A stretch of DNA of 64,000 nt from Squalus acanthias (Eukaryota): positions 78,308,001-78,372,000 of the forward strand of contig CM059432.1 in NCBI GenBank assembly GCA_030390025.1, written 5' to 3'. Of this stretch, positions 51,160-63,329 are shown one piece after another. The notes beneath the pieces were generated by a model, which was given only the letters and a program-made list of their open reading frames with translations, did not search any database and had not been told where the DNA came from. Made by a program: the position numbers and the translations under genes. Each line of letters begins with the position of its first letter. Within the stretch, counting starts at the first letter, position 1.

Positions 51160-52170
51160 GTCAGTGAAGATTTAAATGTTTGCACAAAGAATTCTGTACT
51201 TCTTGTAGACCAGCTTGACCATAATATCATGCACCTCATTGTCATGCTCAATGATGTATCTAAAAGAGTTTTGTGCATGGTGACAGTAAACTGCATTTTT
51301 TGCTTGTTACCAATTAGGAATTTATTAGTAAGGCAGATAGAAAACTCTCTGATATGTTTCCTGATGGCTCATAGGATAACTGCATCACATGGTGTGGTAC
51401 TGAGCCATACAAATAAAGAAGGCCAGAAATGTAACCCCTGGTTTGTGCTAAATTAGCTGATCACAATTTAGGGCTGCAGGACTGGGGAGGGTGAAAGCCG
51501 ACTGGTGTTCCTGCTCCGGATGGCTATCTGGTGGCTCCAGTTGAAAAGTGCACACAGATGTTGTCAGGTGAGGACAAGATCAGGTTGGGCTGTGATGGCC
51601 CTCATGGTTAAATAAGCTGCTGACAATTAAGCCTAGCTTTTCTGATCGTCGAGCAGAAGTAAATGGGTTGACATTGATGTTAAAATAATGCTGGCCAGAA
51701 AATCTAGACTGGGCTGTCTAGGCTCAGAAAGGGGAAAATAACGCTTGGTCAAGGAAGTGGAGGGTTGCAGGTGCCCACTAAGCTTTAGGAGTCAATGCCT
51801 TCAGTAAGGGGGAAAAATTGGTGGGGGGAAACTCCCTGTTACTCTTCCTTTGATGACAAAAAAATACAATGTTAATTCTCCACCTCCTGTAGATATATTC
51901 ATTTCATTTTTTAGCAATTCCAATCTAAAAGATATCAACCTAAACAGTTAAGTAAAGAGAAAGGCTATTTCGCCTTCAAATAAACAACTGCAGTCTGCTA
52001 CATGCTGTCTTCATGTACTTGCACAAAATGCTTTACTAAGGATAACAGTGTTTGCATTGTTTAATGTAATTGCTTTCTCACCACTCTGCACAGTTGTGCA
52101 TTAACTAAAAGTCTTCAAAAGATCAGTTATGAACAAAAGTGCAGACCCAGTGTATCTTATTTTCTCACAG

Positions 52171-52261
52171 GGTCTAGCGCTCTTCATTTCAGTTTTGGTT
52201 TTGACGATCGTACTTCGCCACCTTTGGAATCAGATTCAGTACATGATTTTTTCTTTACTGG
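52171..52261 (+). CDS. TRIM55: TRIM55 91-nt (likely alternative, frame-shifting) exon encoding a hydrophobic segment
   Basis: ttttctcacag|GGT...CTGG|gtagga; encodes GLALFISVLVLTIVLRHLWNQIQYMIFSLL. Absent from the ORF track. Confidence 0.8.
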
Positions 52262-54407
52262 GTAGGAGGAATATTTTTTAAATATGGTATCTTAAAGACA
52301 CAAAGTAGTTTCTCATACTCTCCCCTGTTTAAAGAGTTATAAGAAATATATTCTAATATTACTGCAGCAATTTTTTTGGATGAAACTTTTTAAAAGTTCC
52401 TCCACTGTTACCTACCTAAGTCACACTTCCTCCAGCTATGAGAATGGGACTGTCCAGGCTGTCCCCTTTACTATTTCTGCTTTCAATATGGCCCTACAAT
52501 TGACTAACAGAAACTCTACATCACAGGGTCTGATCGGCACTACCAGATTTTTCTTCCGAATCTTGAAATCATGAGATAATGAGAGATGAGAATGAATTTA
52601 TGACTGTCTGGATTAGAAACCTACTTCTCCACCACTAAAGCTGTTGAACTGCTGCAGTACAGAATATGGGTTTAATTGCAAAGATTCAGGGTTTAAGTTG
52701 TCATTAGCTGACCACTGCTGCTTTTAATTTCTTGCTAAATACTTTTCTTTCCATATTTGCCAAACCATTACAGAGAGACTTCTTGCAAATGGCATGCTGA
52801 TGAATAATCTAACTGCTGAGGTTTAGCTAATTTAATTTCCCCATAAATTGACTGAGTTACTAAAATTCTGTTGCTGAGCTTAAACCCTGAAGATAAATCA
52901 TCATTCCAATTTGCATTTGTGAGAGTGAGAAACTACTTTTATGTGGCATATAAAGCAATCCCAAAAATTAATGAGTGAGCAGTGGAATAAAGTCCTAAAG
53001 ATCTTTTCCGGATGAAAAAGTGTTTTCTTTTTCAAAAATGCATCATTTTATAATCAGTGTTACTCATGAGATTCACATGAATTCAGAACTTTTCTCACAT
53101 GAGCATGAGTCACTAATTTGTCCATTAATTTTGATAAATATAGAACATATCAAAAAAATTAGATTTATAAATCATACTAAAAACGGATTACCATGAAAGC
53201 ACACTGATAGCACAGTAGGGTGAAGGCTAACTGCAAGCTTTTGTTCTTTCTCTTCATGCTTGAAAAACTTTCTATAGGTAACACTTTTTCTATTATTTTA
53301 GAGTAAGACTTCCTCTATTTTCTTCCTATCTGTCTTTAACCTCTGCTGGCCATGCAACAACTGCAGCTGAAGTGGGTAGGTGGGTAAGCAGACAAGTCCC
53401 TCCCAATCCTTTGCCTAAGGTGCTCCAAACTCTCTCAGAAAAGATATACAAGGGCAGCCTATGAATGATAATCCCAGGGTGCATTTATATCACAGGTTTA
53501 GCACAGGTGTGACCCTTTTTCATCTCCATGCATATTAAAAGAAGTTAGGGAAGATATAGTAGAAGCACTATTACATATATATAAAAATTGATTCGAAAAG
53601 GGAATATTGTTAGCAGACTGGCAGACAGCTAATGATATTCCTATATTTAAAAAGGGAGATAGAACAAGTCCAGGGAACTATTGACCAATTGGCTTAATGT
53701 CAGTGGTAGGAAAGATAATGAAATCTTTAATCAAAGATGTAACAGAAAAACATCTAGAAACTGAATATATAATAGAGTAGTCAGCACGGATTTCAAAAGG
53801 GAAGGTCATGCTTGACCAACCTTATTGAATTATTTGAAGAAGTAATAGAAAGAGTAGACAAGGGTAATGTAGTAGATGTAATATATTTGGATTTTCAAAA
53901 GGCCTTTGATAAGGCATAGTAGACTCATGACTAAGGTCAGAGAATGTGGACTCAGGGGACAAAAACTAGAATGGATAGCAAGCTGGCTACAAAACAGTAA
54001 ATAGAGAATAGGGGTTAAGGGTAGCTACTCAGACTGACAAAAGGTGGAAAGTGGTCTTCCACAAGAATCGGTGCTGGGACCACTGTTGTTCACAATTTAC
54101 ATTATCAATATGGACTCAGGAATCAGAAGTACAATTTCAAAATTTGCGTGCGACACCAAATTGGGGAAATATTGCACCAAAATACAAGAGGACATTAATA
54201 AACTTGCAGAATGGGTGTGTAATTGGCAAATTAGTTTCAATAAAGATAAGTGTGAGGTGGTGCATTTTGGTAGGAAGAATAAGGAGGCCACACACTGCTT
54301 GGATAATAAGAGTCTAAATGGGGTAGAGGAAAAAAGAGATCTACGGTTATAGATTCACAAATCACTAAAAGTAGCAACGCAAGTTAATAAGGCCATAAAA
54401 AAACCAC

Positions 54408-57400
54408 AAGCTCAAAGATTGTAATCTCTGGACTACTCCCGGTGCCACGTGCTAGTGAGTATAGGAATAGGAGGATAGAGCAGATGAATCCGTGGCTAAA
54501 GAATTGGTGCAGGAGGGAGGGCTTTAGTTTCCTGGATCACTGGGTCTGCTTCTGGGGAAGGTGGAACCTGTACAAGTCGGACAGGTTGCACCTGAACCAG
54601 AACGGGACCAACATCCTTGCAGGGAGGTTTGCTAGTGCTGTTGGGGGGGGGTTTAAACTAATTTGGCAGGGGGATGGGATACGGAGTGGAGCTATAGTAG
54701 GGGGTGATGCACAACCAAATATAGAGGAAAAAACAAGTCAGTCTGGAAGGCAGAGCAAATATGTAACGGCACAAGGGAGTATGGCAAGGCTGGATGGCAT
54801 TTATTTTAATGCAAGGAGTCTTACAAGTAAGGCAGATGAATTGAAGGCTACTTGTAGGAAAATCCACATCAGAGCAGTGGGAGTCATTCAGAAAGGAAAT
54901 AGAGAGAGTACAGCGCCAACATATTCCTGTAAAGGTCAAGGGTGGGACCAACAAGTACAGGGAACCCTGAATGTCAAGGGATATACAAGAATGGATTAGG
55001 AAAAAAAGGGAGGCTTTTGGCAGATACAAAGGACTAAAAACAGTGGAAGCCCTAGAGGAGTATAGAAAGTGCAGGGGGGTACTTAAAAAAGAAATTAGGA
55101 GAGCGAAGAGGGGGCATGAAAAAACACTGGCGGGCAAAATAAAGGAAAATCCCAAGGTGTTTTATAAGTATATTAAGGGCAAGAGGATAGCCAGGGAAAG
55201 AGTAGGGCACATTAGGGACCAAAGTGGCAATCTGTGTGTAGAGTCGGAAGATGTAGGTGAGGTTTTAAATGAATATTTTGCATCTGTGTTCACTATGGAG
55301 AAGGACGATGTAGGCATAGAAATCAGGCAGGGGGACTGTGATATACTTGAACAAATTAGCATTGAGAGGGAGGAGGTACTAGTGGTTTTAGCGGGCTTAA
55401 AAGTGGATAAATCCCCAGGCCCAGATGAGATGTATCCCAGGCTGCTGTGTGAGGCAAGGGAGGAGATTGCAGGGGCTCTGACACAAATTTTCAGAACCTC
55501 TCTGGCCACAGGGGAGGTGCCAGAGGACTGGAGGACAGCTAACATAGTACCATTATTCAAGAAGGGTAGTAGGGATAAACCAGGGAATTACAGGCCAGTG
55601 AGCCTAACATCAGTGGTAGGGAAATTATTGGATAAAATTCTGAGGGACAGAATTAGTCTCCACTTGGAGAGGCAAGGATTAATCAAGGATAGTCAGCATG
55701 GCTTGAAGGCTGATAAATCCCCAGGGCCTGATAATCTACATCCTAGGGTACTTAAGGAAGGGGCCCTAGAAATAGTAATGCATTGCTGGTCATCTTCCAA
55801 AATTCTATAGACTCTGGAACAGTTCCCATGGATTGGAGGGTAGCTAATGTAACCCCACTATTTAAAAAAGGTGGTAGAGAGAAAACGGGGAATTATAGAC
55901 CGGTAAGCCTGACATCGGTAGTGGGGAAAATGCTAGAGTCCATTATAAAAGATGTAATAGCAGAGCACTTGGTAAACAGTGACAGGATTGGACAAAGTCA
56001 ACATGGATTTACAAAAGGTAAATCATGCTTGACTAATCTACTGGAATTTTTTGAGGATGTAACTGGTAAAATAGATAAGGGAGAACCAGTGGATGTGGTG
56101 TATTTGGACTTTCAGAAGGCTTTCGATAAGGTCCCGCATAAGAGATTAGCATGCAAAGTTAAAGCACATGGGATTGGGGGTAAGGTACTGACTTGGATAG
56201 AGAACTGGTTGGCAGACAGGAAGCAAAGAGTTGGAATAAACGGGTCTTTTTCCGAGTGGCAGGCAGTGACTAGTGGGGTACCGCAGGGATCGGTGCTAGG
56301 ACCCCAGCTATTCGCAATATATATTAATGATCTAGACGAGGGAACTAGATGTAATATCTCCAAGTTTGCAGACTACACAAAGCTGGGTGGGCGTGTGTGC
56401 TGTGAGGAGGATGCAGAGAAACTCCAGTATGATTTGGACAGGTTGGGTGATTGGGAAGATGCATGGCAGATGCAGTATAATGTGGATAAATGCGAGGTTA
56501 TCCACTTTGGTGGCAAAAACAGGAAGACAGATTATTATCTGAACGGCAATAGATTGGGAAAAGGGGAAGTACAATGAGACCTGGGTGTCCTTGTGCACCA
56601 GTCGCTGAAGGTAAGCATGCAGGTGCAGCAGACGGTTAAGAAGGCAAATGGTATGTTGTACAGGGCCTTGGTGAGACCACACGTTGAGTATTGTGTGCAG
56701 TTTTGGTCACCTTATCTGAGGAAGGATGTTCTTGCCATGGAGGGAGTGCAGCGAAGATTCACCAGACTGATACCTGGGATGGCAGGAATGATGTATGAAG
56801 AGAGATTGGGTCGATTAGGCTTATATTCGCTAGAGTTTAGAAGAATGAGAGGGGATCTCATTGAAACTTATAAAATTCTAACAGACTAGACAGACTAGAT
56901 GCAGGAAGGATGTTCCCGATGGTCGGGGAGTCCAGAACCAGGGGTCACAGTCTAAGGATAAGGGGTAAGCCATTTAGGACTGAGATGAGGAGGAATTTCT
57001 TCACCCTTCACCCAGAGAGTGGTGAACCTGTGCAATTCTCTACCACAGAAGGCAGTTGAGGCCAATTCATTAAATATATTCAAGAAGGAGTTAGATATAT
57101 TTCTTAAGGCTAAAGGGATCAAGGGATATGGGGAGAAAGCAGGGACAGGGTACTGAATTTGGATGATCAGCCATGATCTCATTAACTGGCGGAACAGGCT
57201 CGAGGGGCCGAATGGCCTACTCCTGCTCCATATTCTATGTTTCTATGTTTGTCAGGGGGAGATCATGTCTAACCAATTTGAGTGAATTTTTCGAGGGGGT
57301 GACTATGTGTTGGTGAGGGTAGTGCAGTTGATGTAGTCTACATGGACTTCAGTTAGGCTTTTGACAAAGTCCCGCATGGGAGACTGGTCAAGAAGGTAAG

Positions 57401-58528
57401 AGCCCATGGGATCCAGGGCAATTTGGCACATTGGATCCAAAATTGGCTCAGTGGCAGGAGGCAGAGGGTGATGGTCGAAGATTGTTTTTGTGACTGGAAG
57501 CCTGTGTCCAGTGGTGAACCGCAGGGATCGGTGCTGGGTCCCTTGCTGTTTGTAGTGTACATTAATGATTTAGATATGAATGTAGGAGGTATGATCAGTA
57601 AGTTCGCACATGACACGAAAATTGGTGGAGTGGTAAATAGCGATGAGGGAAGCCTCAGGCTACAGGACGATATAGACGGGTTGGTCAGATGGGCAGAACA
57701 GTGGCAAATGGAATTTAACCCTGAAAAGTGTAAGGTGATGCATCTTGGGAGGACTAACAAGGTAGGGGAATACACAATGAATGGTAGGATCCTAGGAAGG
57801 ACAGAGGATCAGAGGGACCTTGGTGTGCATGTACATAGATCCCTGAAGGCAGCAGGACAGGTAGATAAGGTGGTTAAGAAGGCAAATGGGATACTTGCCT
57901 TCATTAGCCGAGGCATAGAATATAAGAGCAGGGAGGTTATGATGGAGCTGTACAAAACGCTAGTTAGGCCACAGCTGGAATACTGTGTGCAGTTGCAGTT
58001 CTGGTCGCTACACTATAGGAAGGATGTGATTGCATTAGAGAGGGTGCAGAGGAGATTCACCAGGATGTTACCTGGGCTGGAGCATTTCAGCTATGAAGAG
58101 AGACTGGACAGGCTGGAGTACTTTTTCTTAGAGCAGAGAAGGCTGAGGGGGGACCTGATTGAGGTGTTCAAAATTATGAGGGGCATAGATAGGGTAGATA
58201 GAAAGGAACTTTTCCCCTTAGTAGAGGGGTCAATAACCAGGGGGCATAGTTTCAAGGTAAGGGGCAGGAGGTTTAGAGGGGATTTGAGGAAAAACTTTTT
58301 CACCCAGAGGGTGGTTGGAATCTGGAACTCACTGTCTGAAAGGGTGGTAGAGGCAGGAACCCTCACAACATTCAAGAAGCATTTAGATGAGCACTTGAAA
58401 CACCATAGCATACAAGGCTACGGACCAAGTGCTGGAAAATGGGATTAGAATAGATAGGGCTTGATGGCCGGCGCAGACACGATGGGCCGAAGGGCCTCTT
58501 TCTGTGCTGTATAACTCTATGACCCTAT
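54408..58528 (+). mobile_element. CR1 LINE retaining the ORF1 esterase C-terminus and ORF2, with the endonuclease largely deleted
   Basis: N.WLKNWCRREGFSFLDHW...D.LHLN..GT (SGNH esterase-like); IYFNARSL..K.DEL followed by a jump at ~54850; 341-aa RT frame at 57423-58448; (ACTCTATG)n tail. Confidence 0.88.
55703..57250 (+). mobile_element. CR1/HER1-type LINE nested within another CR1
   Basis: Interrupts the host QHG|FVRG motif; RT frame at 55783-56577; (TTCTATGT)n tail. Confidence 0.9.
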
Positions 58529-59417
58529 GGGGGAGAAATTCAGTTTCGCCCCATTTGGGGCGCAATTATCGGCCGGGCGCAAAGATTAGCGCCTGGCGCT
58601 AATTATCGCCACCGACTGCAAACTTGACTTTTATTGCCCCTGGAGGTGATTGGAGCGCTAAATCAGGCGCTTCACACCTGTCTTAAGGCGCAAAGGCCGA
58701 GGAGCGAGGCGCTACCTCAGAGCGCTGGTGAAGCTCATGTGATGTCAGTCAGCAATGGAACACACACACAATGGCATGGGCCAGTTCTTAAAGGGGATGG
58801 TTGATCTTGCTTTCCATCCACATCCTGCTCATTGCAGCCTTGAATCTCGGCCTGGAGAGACCTGCACATCAAATCTGCTGGAAAGAACAATGGAGAGTAC
58901 CAGGCAAAGAGCTCAGAGTGCAGCCCCCACAGTCTCTTCTAAATCGTTACAAGGAATGGCAAATCAAAATGAACCTGCAAAGTGCTGCTCAGTACCCAAA
59001 ACTCCTTCACACAGCGTTGAATCTCTCCAGAAGTCTCTCTCTCTCTCAGAATGCGTGGTTCAAAAATGGCACCAACAATAAAAGGCAGGAAGCGGTCGCC
59101 TTTAAATAGCGCTCCCCCAGTCCCTTCATGACTGCAAAATGCACCCCTGAACCTATCGTTGCTAGCGTCAGGCGGTAAGGCAGGGGGCGCCACTCAATAT
59201 CTGCTCTGGGACGATACCGGGGCGTTGCGCACTCGACTGACGTCACGATCTGCCGGCGCAGGAGATCGTGGCGGTAGTGTTTAGCGCCGCCGCAAAATGT
59301 CTAGTTAATTTCGCGAGCGGCGCAAACATCGCCGCGCCTGGGCGCTAGATGCTTTGCGCCCCATTAGCGCCCTCTTAAGGCGCTAACGGGAGGCGCAACC
59401 AACTGAATTTTTCCCCC
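58529..59417. mobile_element. Non-autonomous deletion derivative (E) of the Harbinger C family
   Basis: TIR GGGGGARAAATTCAGTT; TSD TAT; inserted in the CR1 tail repeat; collinear with 12326-13218. Confidence 0.93.
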
Positions 59418-62089
59418 TATGACTCTAAGCACTGGAGTTCATTTCTAGAGGGATAGAATTGAAAAGCAGAGAGGTTATGTTAAACGTGTATGGAACCTTG
59501 GTTAGACCACACACTTGGAGTACTGTACACAGTTCTGGTCTCCATATTATAAAAAGGATATAGAGGCACTAGAAAAGGTGCAAAAAAGATTCACAAGGAT
59601 GATACCAGAACTGAGAGGATATACTTATCAGGAAAGGCTCTTTCTCTGGAACATAGAAGGCTGAGAGATTCCTGATAGAGGTCTTTTAGATAATGAATGA
59701 ATGGGTTTGATAGGGGAGACATAGAGAAAATATTTCCTCTTGTGGGGAGTCCAAAACTAGAGGTCATAAATGTAAGATAATCACTAATAAATCCAATAGG
59801 GAATTCAGGAGAAAATTCTTTGCCCAAAGAGTGGTTAGAATGTGGAACGCGCTGCAACTAAGAGTAGTTGAGATGAATAGTATAGATGCATTTAAGGGGA
59901 AGCTAGATAAGCACATGAGGGAGAAAAGAATAGAAGCATGTGCTGATAGGGTTAGATGAAGAGGTGTGGGAGCAGGCTCGTGTGGAGCATAAACGCCGGC
60001 ATAAACCAGTTGGGCTGAATGGCCTGTTTCTGTGCTGTAGACGCAATGCAACTCTATGAAATGCCAATGCTAAACCGGTGCAGTGTATGTCATGTATTAA
60101 GGTCTGACCTGATTCCAAAGCAAAATTAAATGAGATTCACTCCTCCAGGGAATCTCACTGTGCTTTGCTGTCCTGTTAGCTTGAGTTCTGACTCTAAATG
60201 CAGGCTGCATTTACACTATAACTGTAGTATCATTGCAAAGTGAAACTGTTTCATAACAGCACTGCAGTTCTCATGTAAACATACCCTCGGATTGTTTCTG
60301 TTGGGAAGTGCCTGTCCTCAACTTGATACTTCCTCATAGATCAAGTATGTGGGAATCACTGATACAAACTCACCTCTCTGTGGGTAGCGGGTTAGTGTTC
60401 CAACATGCTGCACCATCATGCTGTCTGCCATCCTGCGGGTAATTTACTTGAAAGGTTTTATTTGGGAGATAGGGTAGTACAATAGATTGGATGTTGGCTT
60501 TTCACCTCTAGTTGCTACTTTCAGTAGCGAACACTATCAATAAAGAAAATCCTTTTTCTGATCCTTAAAGCCTTTAGGACTTTGGTATTTTTGGATGAAC
60601 TGGTCTAATAGCAGTTACCTGTTTCAGAGATTGGTTGTTTGCTTAAAGAGCTGTTGTGCTTCATCTTTTTGTCAAATACAACTTTACCTGTATAATTCTA
60701 ATAAAACTTTCAGGATAATTACTACAAGTTGCATTTTCCTCTTGTTTCATATGACAAAGCTTTCTATCAAAGTATGTTGACAAACAGTGACATGTTCTTT
60801 GTAAATTCTCTAACACAAGGAACTTAAAAGAGCCATAAGTATGTTGATGTTGAAAATTTCACTTTGATGCTGACCAAGTGTGTCAAAATGTATGAAAAAT
60901 TCACAGCAAACCAATCACTGGCTAAAATGCAAACCTGTTTAGCATATTAGTGGAAAATGCCATAATAATAGTCAATTATCCAACAATTATAGAACAATGT
61001 TTGTCTGAGATGTACTTTGACAGAGGCAATGTTAATTGTAGCATGATTGTGTAAATTGCCTGATTATAATATGTGTGTGTCACTGAACTCACAGTGTGAT
61101 TCTAAATTGAATAATAGCTCAATAACAGTGTCTTTAACAAGGATGTATAATATTATGTGACCTTATGACAAGTTTGATTTTTCATCCCATTGAACACCAC
61201 CATATCCTGGTCAATATCTTTAACTGCAAATACTGATCCATCTTCATTAAGTATTATCAGGAGCTCCATTCCCTATTCTAAGCTCTGTGCTTTTGAATCA
61301 TTTGTGGATGGTTTAACTGTCTGATCCAATGAGTATCTCTGCAGTGCTTCTTGTTATTACTGCCAAAAATCTGTTGCACTGAAAATGACAGAAACATTTG
61401 GAGACACAAGACACTGCGCTAACAAATAATCACAGATTGTTAGTAAAAAATGGATTGTTCCACAGACAGATGTCCATTACCAAGACTGGGTCACAAGGGT
61501 ATGTTAGAGTAAAAGCAATAGGATGCGCCAATTAACATAGTGGCACAAAGCTGGGGAGATGACTCAGAAAGAATTGTCTAAGAAAATGCAGTATCAATAA
61601 GAGAAAACATGATCGCCTGATTTGAGAATTGCAAGCTAATCAGCCAAAGGGCAGCACAATTCCAGCAGTGAAATAACTTCTTGAAAACAAATCAATATCT
61701 GAAGTTTCGGTATATTATTACATCAGACCTGTCAACTCCCAGCTGCAGGAGCAACTCCAACAAGTAGAACATAACTTAGTTTATATCTTACATTACCTTA
61801 AAACCCTGCATTGGACTGTCTGAGAAGCAGCCATGGAGCAGAACACATCTGTTACTATTCTCCTCCTCCATTGGATCAGCAAGATATTGTCATTCCTTGA
61901 CATCAACACAGATTGTCAACATTTCCAAATGTTTCATTTCTCCTTGTTTAATTTTTGTCCTACTTTTCTCTGACTGCTTTCTTCCCTCCTTTCCTCTCCC
62001 GAAGATGGTGATTTGTTCTGGAGTATGGTTCCATGGGGTCTAGGGGTACTCTAGCACCTCACTATCAAAATTCTTCATAATTTAAAAAA

Positions 62090-62860
62090 TCTTTATTAAA
62101 TATACTCTTAGCTATTGCTGCGCCAATGTAAAGAGTCCCAGCATCTCACGTCTCTGGTCCTAACTATGGTTTTCCTATCCTCGGCATCATCCTGCTGAAT
62201 CAATGATATGCACTCTCTATGGCTTTTGTGTCCTTGAGTATCTTTCAATTAAATGTATATTTCCATTTCTGTGTTTATTTCTCCCAAAATGTATTACCTT
62301 GCACTCATCCACATTAACTTGCATCTGCCACCTGTCTGTCCATTCCACTAACATGTCTATATCTTCCTGGAGTCATTTACAGTCCTCACTGTTTGCCAAA
62401 CCTCATACTTTTCTACATTCAGCAGATTTTGAGATTGAGTTCCCTATGCCCAAATCCAAATAATCTATATAGACCAAGAACAAAAGTGAACCCAACACTG
62501 ACCGCTGGAGTACACCACTTTCAACCCTTCTCCAGTCTGAGTGAGCAATATCCATTTACCCTAACTATTTATTCCCTGTACATCTGACAATGTTCTATCC
62601 ATGCTGTTACATTTCCTCTTATACCATACACCTGAATTTTTCTAACATGCCTCCTATGAGATACCTTATTGAACACTTTCTGAAGATTCATATACACTAC
62701 ATCTACTACATCCCCTTTATCTATACAATCAGCGACGTCTTAACAAGCTCTATTAAAGTTGTCAAACACCACTTCCCTTTAACTGCCCGGCTGTCCTTGA
62801 TTAACCCATGCATTTCTAAATGTGCACTCATTTTATCTCAAATGATGTGTTTCTTTCCCT
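62090..62860 (-). mobile_element. Old degraded CR1 fragments
   Basis: Reverse-complement RT motifs (CCCAAAATGTATTACCTTGCAC, ACTTGCATCTGCCAC, CATATACACTACATCTACTAC). Confidence 0.7.
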
Positions 62861-63329
62861 AACCCAAAGGCTCTGAGGTCAATTGTCCATTACAACACTG
62901 TTACCTCCGCTGCCTGAGAGCAGCTAGAGCAGCACAATGGTGGGATTGAACATTAAATCCCCCTTGTCTGTGTGGCTCAGTTACTCACTGGAAAAACTCA
63001 GAGCCACAGGGCATTGCTGATGATGTCATAAAACGCAATGGGTGAAATTGTGTGGTGTTATTAATATAGGAATAACTTGACTTGTTCACATGAAATCTTT
63101 CTGTTCGGTATTTTGAATGATTTATGACTTTTTGTAAATAGTGGACAAAGGAATTCCATAGGAACAATATGTTCATCCCGCATAGTGCAATTTCACTGTA
63201 AAATAACGAGCTCTTGTTAAAAGAGGTGGAAAAGTTCCTCCATTTAAAGCACTGTATCTAAATATGAATTATATAATAAGCTGACCATGTCATAGCAATT
63301 CTCAATCTATAACTGCTAAAGCATTGCCC

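Larger units (their letters stand above)
53510..60058 (+). mobile_element. Old CR1 LINE (53510-54405 and 59428-60058) split by nested insertions
   Basis: Same family as 31247-33390. The sequence ...GCCATAAAAAAACCACAAGC resumes as AAGCACTGGAGTTCATTTCTAGAGG at 59427. Confidence 0.85.
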
